A DNA stretch of 61,714 nucleotides from Pedosphaera sp. (GTDB lineage: Bacteria; Verrucomicrobiota; Verrucomicrobiia; Limisphaerales; SIBH01). Location of the stretch: positions 1 to 61,714 of the forward strand of contig JANOQV010000288.1 in the NCBI GenBank assembly GCA_031414955.1, written 5' to 3'. Positions 10,309 through 19,720 of the stretch are shown here, one piece after another (within the stretch, counting starts at the first letter, position 1; every line of letters begins with the position of its first letter). The translations under genes were made by a program, and so were the position numbers. Under the pieces are notes generated by a model. That model saw only the letters and a list, made by a program, of their open reading frames with translations, searched no databases and had not been told where the DNA came from.

Positions 10309-10324
10309 AGCGGCGAACGTGCCA
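10309..10324 (-). promoter_or_regulatory. Sigma54 (-24/-12) promoter for the DmsBC-nitrate reductase operon
   Basis: Minus strand TGGCACGTTCGCCGCT (GG-N10-GC), ending about 12 nt before the ATG at 10297. Confidence 0.6.
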
Positions 10325-10727
10325 CATGCCTGGCGACGGCCTGAGTTTCACTGCCGGGGCCGAGCCTGGCGGCTCATAGCCTGAGGAGAGGCTTGAAAAC
10401 AGGGGGCGCATGACAGGTCGGGATGGTTGCACTGGTTTAACTGCTTTCTCCACCGCCGACAGTCTGGCGACACTTTGTGTCTGTCGTGTTTTGCGCAGGA
10501 TGACCGACCCACTCGACTGGCCGGACGGGGGCACCACTCAATCCAGACATGGCTTGCTCCGTCAGAACGAGCCACGCGGATTCAAGTATGGAATGGCCAC
10601 AGTGACGGCCACTTCTGCGTCCGCACCGCCATGGAATTACCATCCGCGAGAAGACTTCGGGTCGGGTTGGCTGTTCTTTTGCTGAACAACCAGTCGTTGG
10701 CCTTGGGGAACCGCACCCGGGCAAAGT

Positions 10728-10744
10728 GGGGCACAAAGAATGCA
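10728..10744 (+). promoter_or_regulatory. Possible sigma54 promoter for the LysR gene
   Basis: GGCACAAAGAATGCA (GG-N10-GC), about 25 nt upstream of ATG 10770. Confidence 0.45.
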
Positions 10745-10769
10745 TTGCGGCCAGGAACGAGACTCATTG

Positions 10770-11678
10770 ATGACTCAACCTCTTGATACCAGACAACTGC
10801 GGGCCTTTGCCACGCTGGCGCGACGCGGCAGCTTCACGCTCGCGGCGAAGGAATTGCACCTGTCGCAATCCGCCGTGAGCCATTCGATGAAGTCGCTGGA
10901 AGTCGATCTAGGCTGTCGCCTTTTTGACAGGATGAGCAAAAGGGTTTCACTCACGCAGGCGGGAGAACAGTTGCTCCAGCACGCAGACAGAATTCTCCAG
11001 GAGATGTCCACGGCGCGCGAATCGATCAACCAGTTGAGCAAATGGGGACATGGGCGGCTGCGGGTGGGCGCGAGCACCACGGCGTGCCAGTACATCCTGC
11101 CAGAGGTGTTGAGTGAATTTAAGAAGAGCTTTCCGCAGGCGGACATCACCGTCGCGCCCGGGGACACGCGCGAAGCGATGGAACTGTTGCGCTCGCACAC
11201 GATCGATCTGGCGCTGGCCTTGGAACCCCGGCGCGAGGATGAATTTGAATTTGAGCAGTTGTTTGTTGATGAAATGCAGTTTGTGCTTTCGCCCAGCCAC
11301 CCGTGGGCCACGTCCGGGCATGTGGTGCGCGAGGAAATTCCGCGCCAGCATTACGTCCTCTACCACAAGAACAGTTTCACCTTCGATCTGGTCGAGAAGT
11401 ATTTCCACGAGGAGGACATGGTGCTGAACATGGTGATGGAGTTTGGCAGCATGGAGGCGATCAAGGAACTGGTGAAGCTGGGGCTGGGCGTGAGCATCCT
11501 CGCGCCCTGGATCGCGCGCAAAGAGATTGAGTCCGGGGAATTGGTGGCGCTGCCGCTGGGACGGCGCAAGCTCAAGCGCACCTGGGGCATCCTGCACTGG
11601 CGTGGCCGCCGGCTCACGCTGGCGGAGGAAACTTTCGTGCGGCTCTGCCGCAATTTCACGGCACGCTTCGCCATGTGA
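10770..11678 (+). CDS. LysR-family transcriptional regulator
   Basis: LRAF..LARRGSFTLAAKELHLSQSAVS HTH, LRVGASTT, AIKELVKLGLGVSIL. Start moved to ATG 10770. Confidence 0.95.
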   Translation: MTQPLDTRQLRAFATLARRGSFTLAAKELHLSQSAVSHSMKSLEVDLGCRLFDRMSKRVSLTQAGEQLLQHADRILQEMSTARESINQLSKWGHGRLRVGASTTACQYILPEVLSEFKKSFPQADITVAPGDTREAMELLRSHTIDLALALEPRREDEFEFEQLFVDEMQFVLSPSHPWATSGHVVREEIPRQHYVLYHKNSFTFDLVEKYFHEEDMVLNMVMEFGSMEAIKELVKLGLGVSILAPWIARKEIESGELVALPLGRRKLKRTWGILHWRGRRLTLAEETFVRLCRNFTARFAM

Positions 11679-12252
11679 TAGCCGGGCGGACGATGGAGCG
11701 GAACTCGGCGCTGTGTTCGTTTGGCTCGCGTTGCTTCATGCAGCCGCCGGACTTCCTCGGGGGTCGGTGATTGGCTTGTCTGGATCGGGTTCGAGGTTGT
11801 GTGATCCGGTGGGATGTAGCTAGCCGGAGAGCACGGATGCAACGAAGTTCCAAGTCACCGAAGCATAGATTTTCCCGCCCCGGCCACGAACGTAAAACCG
11901 CCTCACCAGAGTTTCCGAATGGTGGCCCTTGGCGTGTTGTCCCAAGGGTTGATACATCCAATCCAGCGCCTGCGCGTATCCCTCCGCCGGAGCTTCGTAT
12001 GGCTGGGGTTTAGCCTCGGGCTGCGAGCCACCGTCTGGCATCTTGAGGCGAAACCGGCGGGCGGCGTGGCCACTCGCATCGGAGGTGGTGAGAAACCAAA
12101 ACCGAAAGTCTCCCGCTTTCCCGTCAGCAACCACTCCCCGGAAGAAGTCCACGCCATCCCAGTTGGTGCCCTCGATGTTCACGGGCCTGCGAAGTGAAAA
12201 GGAATCAATTTTTCGGCGTCGCCCTTTTTCCAGAGATGGAAGGTCGCAGATC

Positions 12253-12369
12253 TCAGGGTTGCCGAGGCAGGCACCTTTCAAGAACGGCGTCGCGTTCGGC
12301 GGATACGGCGATGTCCATCGCTAGCTCGAAAATTTTCTTTTCGCGATCGAGTTGCTGGTTCGTGTGCAT
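12253..12369 (-). pseudogene. Short frameshifted remnant resembling the N-terminal helical domain of PVC Ser/Thr kinases
   Basis: MHTNQQLDREKKIFELAMDIAVSAERDAVL continues in another frame as KGACLGNPE, similar to 'IF..ALE...ER.AFL..ACG.D'. Confidence 0.35.
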
Positions 12370-12542
12370 GGTCTTCTACCCAGTCATGCGGGAGGTCGGA
12401 CATGAACCCGCGCCGGGGCGCGGTCGCTTTTGAGCCGCGCGAAGCATGGCACATCAGGGCTAAGCAGTGGGCGTTTTTACACTTTACGTTTTATTTGGTG
12501 TCGGCGGCGGCGTTCGCCTAACTTTTTTCAGTTTTCCGTGCC

Positions 12543-14072
12543 ATGAAACCCGTGCTTCGAGTGCTGGTGGTCGAAGATTCAGAATTCGACGCCCAGATGG
12601 TGACCAGTCTGATCCGCAAAAGCGGAGCGGACGTCATTTCCGAGCGCGTGGAAACAGCCGAACAACTCGAGCACGCGCTCCGGGCCAAGCCCTGGGACAT
12701 CATTCTCTCCGATTACAATCTGCCCACTTTCAGCGCGCCCGAGGCCTTGAAGATTCTTCAACAGACGGCACTGGATTTGCCTTTCATCATCATCTCCGGC
12801 GGCATCGGCGAAGCCACCGCGGTCGCGGCCATGAAGGCGGGCGCGCATGATTATCTGATGAAGGGCAACCTCAACCGGCTGCCCCCGGCCATTGAGCGCG
12901 AGCTGCGCGAAGCGGCCGTGCGCCGCGAAAGTCGCGAGGCGCGGGAGAACCTCCGCGAGAGCGAGATGCGTTACCGCCTGCTCTGGGAGTCCGCGCCCGA
13001 CGCGGTCTTGCTCCTGGATGCAGAAAGCAAAATCCAATTCGTGAATCCCGCCGTGGAAACGGTCTTCGGCTACCAGCGGGAGGAAATCATCGGCCAGCCC
13101 TTGGGCTTGCTGCTCCCGGAGGGACTGCGCAGCGAGGAAGCGCGCGGGTTGGAGGATTTCCTGCACAGCACCGCAGGCGCGCGCGAGGTGCGCATGGTCG
13201 AGACCGCAGGACGGCGCAAGGACGGCCGCGAGATCGCGCTCGAAGCAAGCTTCGGCCACATGGAGATGCACGCTGAACGCCGGCATGTGGCCTTCATCCG
13301 CGATGTCACCGCGCGCAAAAAAACCGAGCACGATTTGCGCGAGAACCAGGAGCAATTGCAGATCGCGCGGGAAATCCAGCAGCGCCTCTTTCCCAAAGCC
13401 GCGCCCGCCCTGGAGGGTTTTGAGATCGCGGGCGTGACCCATCCCGCCGAGGAAACGGGCGGCGACTACTTCGATTACCTGCCCATGATGCACGGCCATA
13501 TCGGCGTCATCGTCGCGGATGTGACCGGGCACGGCATCGGCCCGGCGCTGCTCATGGCCGAGACGCGCGCCTACCTGCGCACCCTGGCCGCGAACCGGGA
13601 GGATCTCGGCGACATTCTCGCCACGGCCAACCGCATCCTGGCCGAGGACGTGGGCGACGAACGCTACGTGACGCTGTTCCTCGGCAAAATTGATCCGGTG
13701 GCCCGCACCTTCGCCTACGCCAGCGCGGGCCATCCCACCGGTTATCACCTCGCGCCCGACGGCGGGATCAAGACCCTGCTCAAGCGTACCGCCGTGCCGC
13801 TGGGCCTCAATCCCAACGCGAAGTTCGCCAGCGCGCCGCCGGTGCCCTTGCAATCCGGCGAGTTGATCCTGCTCCTGACCGACGGCATCGAGGAGGCTGC
13901 CGCCCCGGATGAAACTTTCTTCGGCATCGAACGCGCCTTGAACGTGGTGCGGCAGCATCGCGAGCAGCCCGCGCGCGAAATCCTGGATGCGCTCTACCGG
14001 GCGGTGCGGGAATTCTCTCACCATGCGCCGCAACTCGACGACGTCACGGCCATCGTGATCAAGGTGCGGTAG
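12543..14072 (+). CDS. Response regulator with PAS and PP2C/SpoIIE (RsbU/RsbP-like) phosphatase domains
   Basis: REC (LVVEDS, DIILSDYNLP, GAHDYLMK); PAS (VNPAVE.VFGY, RRKDG); SpoIIE (GGDYFD, ADVTGHG, SAGH, TDGIEEA, DDVT). Confidence 0.95.
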   Translation: MKPVLRVLVVEDSEFDAQMVTSLIRKSGADVISERVETAEQLEHALRAKPWDIILSDYNLPTFSAPEALKILQQTALDLPFIIISGGIGEATAVAAMKAGAHDYLMKGNLNRLPPAIERELREAAVRRESREARENLRESEMRYRLLWESAPDAVLLLDAESKIQFVNPAVETVFGYQREEIIGQPLGLLLPEGLRSEEARGLEDFLHSTAGAREVRMVETAGRRKDGREIALEASFGHMEMHAERRHVAFIRDVTARKKTEHDLRENQEQLQIAREIQQRLFPKAAPALEGFEIAGVTHPAEETGGDYFDYLPMMHGHIGVIVADVTGHGIGPALLMAETRAYLRTLAANREDLGDILATANRILAEDVGDERYVTLFLGKIDPVARTFAYASAGHPTGYHLAPDGGIKTLLKRTAVPLGLNPNAKFASAPPVPLQSGELILLLTDGIEEAAAPDETFFGIERALNVVRQHREQPAREILDALYRAVREFSHHAPQLDDVTAIVIKVR

Positions 14073-14222
14073 CGGAATACGCCAACGAAGGCAGGTCACG
14101 GCCGCAGATGACCGGCCGACCCGTGGCAGGGCGAGACTCCTGACCTCGCCCGCCTTTTCGAGCGGGTGCCGGCCCCGCCAATAATCTTCCCTCCCGCGTA
14201 ATTTCGCGCACACTCCCGTCGT

Positions 14223-14918
14223 ATGCCAGACGAGCCGGAAGACTCCGAGCGCCCGCGGAGCGAAGGGTGGTGGGAAAGCGAATTGCACCGCAACGAGAAG
14301 CTCTTGGACAAGTACCTGGCGGTGCTCGGCGACAACCCCGACTGGGACAAGTGGCAGAATCCCGACGACCTTTACAACAAAGTCCACTTCAACCTCGACC
14401 CGCCGGCGCGGGGCGCGGAAGCAGCGGAGGAAATCGAAGCAGACGCCACGCCGGGCGACGGCCCCAAGGGAAGCAGCGACGACGAACAGCTTCTCCAGGA
14501 GTTGAACGAAACGGCGGAAGCCGCCCGGGAAGATTCGAACTGGGTGGAGCAGGACGAAGACCCGGAAGTGAACCTCGACTACGACACCATCTCGACCCAG
14601 GCGCGCACTTTTGCCGACCGGGTGTTCAACCTTGAAAAGATGCCAGGCAACGCGGAACTGCTCTTTCTTTCCGCCGGAAAAGTAAGCGCGAACCTGGCCG
14701 GCGGTCACGGCCTCGGCTACGACGAGGACACCCTCTGCGGCAACATCGTGAAATGCCGCTGGGCGCTTTCCGACTGCGAGTTCTGCCGCGAGATGCTGGA
14801 ACAGTTGCACCAGAAAACCGGCGAGCCAGTTTACGCTGCCCTCGCGAAGGAGAGCGGCCAGCTCGCCGACCTGGTGCGCGAGCGCATTGCCCGGCTGCGC
14901 CAGCGCGTGTGGTGGTGA
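14223..14918 (+). CDS. Hypothetical acidic protein with a C-terminal helical-bundle domain
   Basis: Host-like codon usage. 'SAGKVSANLAGG' weakly recalls the 'SI.ANIAEG' motif of four-helix-bundle (23S rRNA IVP) proteins. Confidence 0.75.
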   Translation: MPDEPEDSERPRSEGWWESELHRNEKLLDKYLAVLGDNPDWDKWQNPDDLYNKVHFNLDPPARGAEAAEEIEADATPGDGPKGSSDDEQLLQELNETAEAAREDSNWVEQDEDPEVNLDYDTISTQARTFADRVFNLEKMPGNAELLFLSAGKVSANLAGGHGLGYDEDTLCGNIVKCRWALSDCEFCREMLEQLHQKTGEPVYAALAKESGQLADLVRERIARLRQRVWW

Positions 14919-14968
14919 GAAAACTCGAAGGCAGAATGATGAAAACAACCCGACGCATGAACACCCCG

Positions 14969-14996
14969 TTCTGCATTCTGCATTCTGCATTCTGCA
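14969..14996. repeat. Heptamer tandem repeat (TTCTGCA)x4
   Basis: Read directly; a partial inverted copy GCAGAAT lies at about 14931. Confidence 0.9.
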
Positions 14997-15010
14997 TCCT
15001 TACTTAGCCT

Positions 15011-16123
15011 GTGCCCCTCAACGAACCTCTCCAGCAAACCGGCCGCACCTTCGTCCTGCATCGCGGACGCCGACTCGCCTACTTTGGCGGCTGCGATTAC
15101 TTCCGGCTGGCCAGCCATCCCGAAGTGCTGCGCGCCCTGCGCGAGGGGGCCGAGCAGTTCGGATTGAACGTGGCCGCCTCCCGCGCGACGACCGGCAATC
15201 ACCAGCTCTTCGGACGATTGGAACGCGCGCTGGCGAGGTTCTTCCACACGGAACGCGCCGGGCTGTTGTCCAGCGGCTACGCGGCCAATCTCGCTTTTGC
15301 GCAGTCCGTCGCCGGGCAGTTTAGCCACGCGTTCCTCGACGCCCGGGCGCACAGCTCGCTGCGCGATGCCAGCGAGTTGCTGCATTGCCGCGTGCTCCAG
15401 TTTCACCACCGCGACCCCGCCGACTTGCGCCGCCACCTTCGAAAACTCGGCCGCGGCGCCCGCCCATTGGTGATGACGGACGGCCTTTTCGCCCACAACG
15501 GCTCGCTCGCGCCGCTGGATGAGTATCTCAGCGCACTGCCGAGGCGCGGCCTGCTGCTGGTCGATGACGCGCATGGAGCCGGCACGCTGGGAAAGTCCGG
15601 GCAGGGTACGCCTGAGCTGTTCGGCCTCCGCGATCCGCGCCTGGTGCGAACTTTCAGTCTGAGCAAGGCCTTTGGAGTGTATGGCGGCGCGATCGTGGGA
15701 ACAGCCGCGCAGGTGGAGGCCATGCACCACCGCAGCCTCCTCTTCACCGGCAACACTCCCCTGCCCCTGCCCCTCGTGAACGCGGCGCTCAAGTCCGTGG
15801 CCCTGCTCCGGGCCGACCGCACCCTGCGCGAGCGGCTGCAAAATAACACCGCGCGCCTCAAGCAAGCTCTGCGCGACGGGGAAATCCCGCCGGCGGAAAA
15901 CAACTCGCCCGTCGTGGGCCTCGTCCCGGCGACCGCCGATCTGGCAGTTCACCTGGCTCGCCAGCTTTCCCGGGCTGGGATTTTCCCGCCGCTCATCCGT
16001 TACGGCGGCGGAACAGCTCATGGTTTTTTCCGCTTCGCTATCTCCAGCGAACACACTCCAGCCCAACTCGACACCCTGGCCGGAGTCCTGATCTCGGCGG
16101 GGAAGAAACTGGCCCCATGCTGA
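15011..16123 (+). CDS. PLP-dependent class I/II aminotransferase, 8-amino-7-oxononanoate synthase-like
   Basis: YFGGCDY, SSGYAAN, DARAHSSL, DDAHGAG, SLSKAFG..GG (PLP lysine). Confidence 0.85.
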   Translation: MPLNEPLQQTGRTFVLHRGRRLAYFGGCDYFRLASHPEVLRALREGAEQFGLNVAASRATTGNHQLFGRLERALARFFHTERAGLLSSGYAANLAFAQSVAGQFSHAFLDARAHSSLRDASELLHCRVLQFHHRDPADLRRHLRKLGRGARPLVMTDGLFAHNGSLAPLDEYLSALPRRGLLLVDDAHGAGTLGKSGQGTPELFGLRDPRLVRTFSLSKAFGVYGGAIVGTAAQVEAMHHRSLLFTGNTPLPLPLVNAALKSVALLRADRTLRERLQNNTARLKQALRDGEIPPAENNSPVVGLVPATADLAVHLARQLSRAGIFPPLIRYGGGTAHGFFRFAISSEHTPAQLDTLAGVLISAGKKLAPC

Positions 16124-16494
16124 CCCGGCTCGATCAATGGCTCTGGGCCGTACGCCTGTTCAAGACGCGCGCGTGCGCGGCTGCCGCCTGCCGGGACGGC
16201 GGCGTGCAGATCGGCGGGCAGCGCGTCAAGCCGGCGCGCGACGCGCGCGTGGGCGATCTGATCACGGCCAAAATCGGCACCCTGTTACGCACGGTGAAAG
16301 TTGTGGGACATCCGCCTGGTCGCGTTGGGGCCAAGCTGGTCCCGCAGTTCCTGGAAGACCTCACGCCCGCCTCTGAATACGAAAAAGCTCGCGCACCTAA
16401 ACCGGCCGGGCTGCTCCTCTGGGGCCAGGGCCAGGGCCGGCCCACCAAGAAAAACCGGCGCATGCTGGAGAAGTTTGGTGATCCGGAATTCTAA
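16117..16494 (+). CDS. hslR: S4-domain RNA-binding heat shock protein Hsp15
   Basis: RLDQWLWAVRLFKTR...GRPTKKNRR. Confidence 0.85.
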   Translation: MLTRLDQWLWAVRLFKTRACAAAACRDGGVQIGGQRVKPARDARVGDLITAKIGTLLRTVKVVGHPPGRVGAKLVPQFLEDLTPASEYEKARAPKPAGLLLWGQGQGRPTKKNRRMLEKFGDPEF

Positions 16495-16561
16495 CCCGCC
16501 CTCCCCACGATGGCGTCTCGCCTCAGACGAGTGACACCCGAGGTGACCGAGCCAGATAATG

Positions 16562-16592
16562 TTTGGATTTTGGAATTTGGAATTTGGGATTT
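16562..16592. repeat. Heptamer repeat (TTTGGAA/TTTGGGA type)
   Basis: TTTGGATTTTGGAATTTGGAATTTGGGATTT; same family as 32710-32813 and 51069-51206. Confidence 0.8.
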
Positions 16593-16611
16593 TCCCGCTA
16601 CAACACGCGGC

Positions 16612-17649
16612 ATGAATCCATTGCGTCCGCTCACCACCGCGCTGTGCTGCGCGGCTTTGCTCTTCACCAGTTGCAAGAAATCCGAATCCGGCGGCGGGAC
16701 GGCCAAGCCGGGCAAGAAGCTCAAGATCGCCTACGTGACCAACGGCGTGGACCCGTTCTGGAACACGGCCGCGGCCGGCGTGAAGGCGGCGGCCAAGGAA
16801 TTCGACGTGCAGGCCGATGTCCACATGCCGCCCAAAGGCGCGGTGGATCAGAAGCGCATCATCGAGTCGCTGCTCATTGCCGGCGTGGATGGCATGGCCA
16901 TCAGCCCGGTGGACGCGAAGAACCAGGTGGACATGATCAACCAGGCGGCCAGCGTCACCAAGGTCATTACCCATGACTCTGATGCGCCGGACTCGAAACG
17001 GCTCTGTTTCGTGGGCATGAACAATTACAACGCCGGTCGCGCCGCAGGCAAACTGGTCAAGGAAGCCATTCCCAAGGGCGGCAAGGTGATGCTCTTCGTC
17101 GGCCGCCTCGAACAACTCAACGCGCAGCAACGCCGCCAGGGCATCATCGACGAACTGCTCGACCGCCCGGTGCGGGCGCTGGTGGGCATGACCTACGATC
17201 CGCCGGGCAAGCCCCAGGCCGGCGCGAATTACACCGTGCTCGACACGCGCACGGACAACTTTGATTACCAGCGCGCCAAGTCCAACGCCGAGGACGCCAT
17301 CTCCGCCGTGCCCGACCTCGCCTGCATGGTCGGCTTGTTCGCCTATAATCCGCCCAATTGCCTGGAAGCGTTGAAAGCCGCGAAGAAGAACGGCCAGATC
17401 AAGCTCGTGGCCTTCGACGAACAGAACGCCACCTTGCAGGGCATCCTCGATGGCGACATCCACGGCACGGTGAGCCAGCAGCCTTACCAATACGGCTACC
17501 ACTCGGTGAAAATTCTGGCTGGGCTGGCGCGCGGCGACCAATCCGTGCTGCCCAAGGACGGCTTCCTCGAAGTGCCCATCGTGCAGGTGCGCAAGGATAA
17601 CGCGCAGAGCTTTTGGACGGAGCTGAAGAAGTTGCAGGCGGGGAATTGA
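16612..17649 (+). CDS. Sugar ABC transporter substrate-binding lipoprotein (RbsB-like)
   Basis: Lipobox LFTSC; DPFW, GVDGMAISP, ITHDSDAP, GMNNYNAG, QQPYQYGY. Confidence 0.9.
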   Translation: MNPLRPLTTALCCAALLFTSCKKSESGGGTAKPGKKLKIAYVTNGVDPFWNTAAAGVKAAAKEFDVQADVHMPPKGAVDQKRIIESLLIAGVDGMAISPVDAKNQVDMINQAASVTKVITHDSDAPDSKRLCFVGMNNYNAGRAAGKLVKEAIPKGGKVMLFVGRLEQLNAQQRRQGIIDELLDRPVRALVGMTYDPPGKPQAGANYTVLDTRTDNFDYQRAKSNAEDAISAVPDLACMVGLFAYNPPNCLEALKAAKKNGQIKLVAFDEQNATLQGILDGDIHGTVSQQPYQYGYHSVKILAGLARGDQSVLPKDGFLEVPIVQVRKDNAQSFWTELKKLQAGN

Positions 17650-17679
17650 AACTTGCTCTACAGCATGGATGATGTGGGC

Positions 17680-17949
17680 ATGGCCACTCCGATGACAGTC
17701 GAACCAGAGGCGATGCAGATGCCTCCGCGCCGCCGTTTGCAGTTGGCGGAAAAGCTGATGGCCAGCGTGGACGGTTTTGCGACGCCGGCAATCGAACAGG
17801 CCTGGGACAAGGAAATCGAAAGGCGGGTGGAAGAAATTGCGTCAGGAAAAGCCAAAGGCATTCCCGCCGAAGCAGTCATGGCCGCGGTCCGGAGTCAATT
17901 GCGTGAAGCGCGTCGTCTATCATCGCCTCGCCGCAAAAAAGTTGGTTAA
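17680..17949 (+). CDS. Putative addiction-module antitoxin (TIGR02574-like)
   Basis: 'R.QLAEKLM.S...IEQAW.KEIERR..EI.SG...IPAE.V' signature. Confidence 0.75.
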   Translation: MATPMTVEPEAMQMPPRRRLQLAEKLMASVDGFATPAIEQAWDKEIERRVEEIASGKAKGIPAEAVMAAVRSQLREARRLSSPRRKKVG

Positions 17950-18205
17950 GGCGGCTACGTCTTACGAAGCCGCGCGACCGCTGCTTGGCGATCAGTTTCT
18001 CGACGCGGTTGATCCCGCCCTGCGTCTGGCTCAAACGCAGCCGGGGCTTGGATTGCCGGGCAGGGCTGGGACGCGCAGCCGCCGTGTGCGCCGGTTTCCC
18101 TACCGCCTCGTGTATCTGGAGCAGCCGGATCGGCTTTGGATCGTGGCCGTGGCGCACCAAAGCCGCCGGCCAGATTATTGGTTGCGCCGCGTCATGACTC
18201 CATGA
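17903..18205 (+). CDS. RelE/ParE-family toxin
   Basis: GTG start; 'LGDQFLDAV...RRFPYRLVY...IVAVAHQSRRPDYW'. Confidence 0.85.
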   Translation: MKRVVYHRLAAKKLVKAATSYEAARPLLGDQFLDAVDPALRLAQTQPGLGLPGRAGTRSRRVRRFPYRLVYLEQPDRLWIVAVAHQSRRPDYWLRRVMTP

Positions 18206-19716
18206 CTCCCTTTCTTCAAGTCATCTCGATTTCCAAACGTTTCCCCGGCGTGCTCGCACTGGAGGATGTTTCGCTCACGCTGGCGCGGGGTGAGGTACTG
18301 GCGGTCGTGGGGGAAAATGGCGCGGGCAAAAGCACCTTGATGAAAATCCTCGCCGGGGTGCAGACACCGGACCGCGGGGACATCCGGATCGAGGGCGCGA
18401 AAGTGGAAATCGATTCCGTGCGCACGGCGCAGCGCCTGGGCATCGCGCTCATTCACCAGGAACTCAATCTGGCGGACAATCTCTCCGTGGCCGCGAACAT
18501 TTTCCTCGGCCGCGAACCGCGCCGGGGCTGGTTCGTGCGCCGTGCGGAAACCGAGACCGGCTCCGTCGGCGTGCTGCAACAAGTCGGACTCCAGGTCTCG
18601 CCGCGCACGCTCGTTCACACGCTCTCCATCGGGCGGCAGCAGATGGTGGAGATCGCCAAGGCGCTCTCGGCGCAGGCCCGCGTGCTCATCATGGACGAGC
18701 CGACCTCGTCGCTTTCGCAGCACGAGAGCGAAGCGCTTTGCCGCGTCATCAAGGCACTCCGGGCGCGCGGCGTGAGCATCATCTACATCTCGCACCGTCT
18801 GGGCGAAGTGAAGGAGCTGGCCGACCGCGTGGTGGTGTTGCGCGACGGCCGCAACGCCGGCGAACTCAGCCGCGCAGAAATCTCCCACGACAACATGGTG
18901 CGGCTCATGGTGGGGCGGAAATTTCAAATCAGCCCGCAGCCAGACAGTTGCAAGACGGAGAGCGGAAACGCCGCGCTGGAAGTCCGCGCGCTCCGCACCG
19001 CAGCCCATCCGCAGCACGAACTGAGCTTCGCGCTTCAGCCCGGCGAGATTGTCGGCGTGGCCGGTTTGGTGGGTGCCGGTCGGACCGAGATGCTGCTCGC
19101 CCTCTTCGGGATTGAACCCGCGCGCGGCGGGGAAATCCTTCTCGACGGGACGGCGCAGCAAATCAGAAATCCACGGGAGGCCATCCGCGCCGGCCTGGCG
19201 CTGGTCCCGGAGGATCGCAAGCAACAGGGCGTGATCCTCGACATGGCGGTGAGCGAAAACCTCAGCCTGGCGGCGCTGGGCCGCGACGCCCGCCGTGGAT
19301 TCCTCGATCGAGTGAAAGAGCAATCCATCGCCGACGAGATGATTCCCAAACTCGGGGTGAAGACCCCGAACCAGCGGCAGCACTTGCAGTTTCTGTCCGG
19401 AGGCAACCAGCAAAAGGTTGCGCTCGGCAAATGGCTCGCTCTCAAACCGCGCGTGCTGCTCCTCGACGAACCAACCCGGGGCGTCGATGTGGGGGCCAAG
19501 CAGGAAATCTACAAGCTCATGGAACAGCTTGCGGCGGAGGGCGTCGCCATCCTGTTCGTCTCCAGCGAGATGGAGGAAATCATTCGCATGTCCGAGCGCG
19601 CCCTGGTCATGCACCAGGGCCGCATCGCCGGGGAACTGCCGCGGGCCGGAATCTCGGAAGAGGCGGTGATGCAACTGGCGACCGGTCGCGAAACCGCGCG
19701 TTCCCGAAACTCATGA
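18202..19716 (+). CDS. Sugar ABC transporter ATP-binding protein (RbsA-like)
   Basis: GENGAGKS, MDEPT, LSGGNQQK, LLDEPTRGVDVGAK. Confidence 0.95.
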   Translation: MTPFLQVISISKRFPGVLALEDVSLTLARGEVLAVVGENGAGKSTLMKILAGVQTPDRGDIRIEGAKVEIDSVRTAQRLGIALIHQELNLADNLSVAANIFLGREPRRGWFVRRAETETGSVGVLQQVGLQVSPRTLVHTLSIGRQQMVEIAKALSAQARVLIMDEPTSSLSQHESEALCRVIKALRARGVSIIYISHRLGEVKELADRVVVLRDGRNAGELSRAEISHDNMVRLMVGRKFQISPQPDSCKTESGNAALEVRALRTAAHPQHELSFALQPGEIVGVAGLVGAGRTEMLLALFGIEPARGGEILLDGTAQQIRNPREAIRAGLALVPEDRKQQGVILDMAVSENLSLAALGRDARRGFLDRVKEQSIADEMIPKLGVKTPNQRQHLQFLSGGNQQKVALGKWLALKPRVLLLDEPTRGVDVGAKQEIYKLMEQLAAEGVAILFVSSEMEEIIRMSERALVMHQGRIAGELPRAGISEEAVMQLATGRETARSRNS

Positions 19717-19720
19717 CCCG

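Noticed and set aside
16510..16611. Longer starts reading through heptamer repeats (also 51158, 52861, 49966)
   Set aside because: The extensions translate repeat DNA (e.g. WILEFGIWDF); downstream ATGs give proper signal peptides or domain starts.
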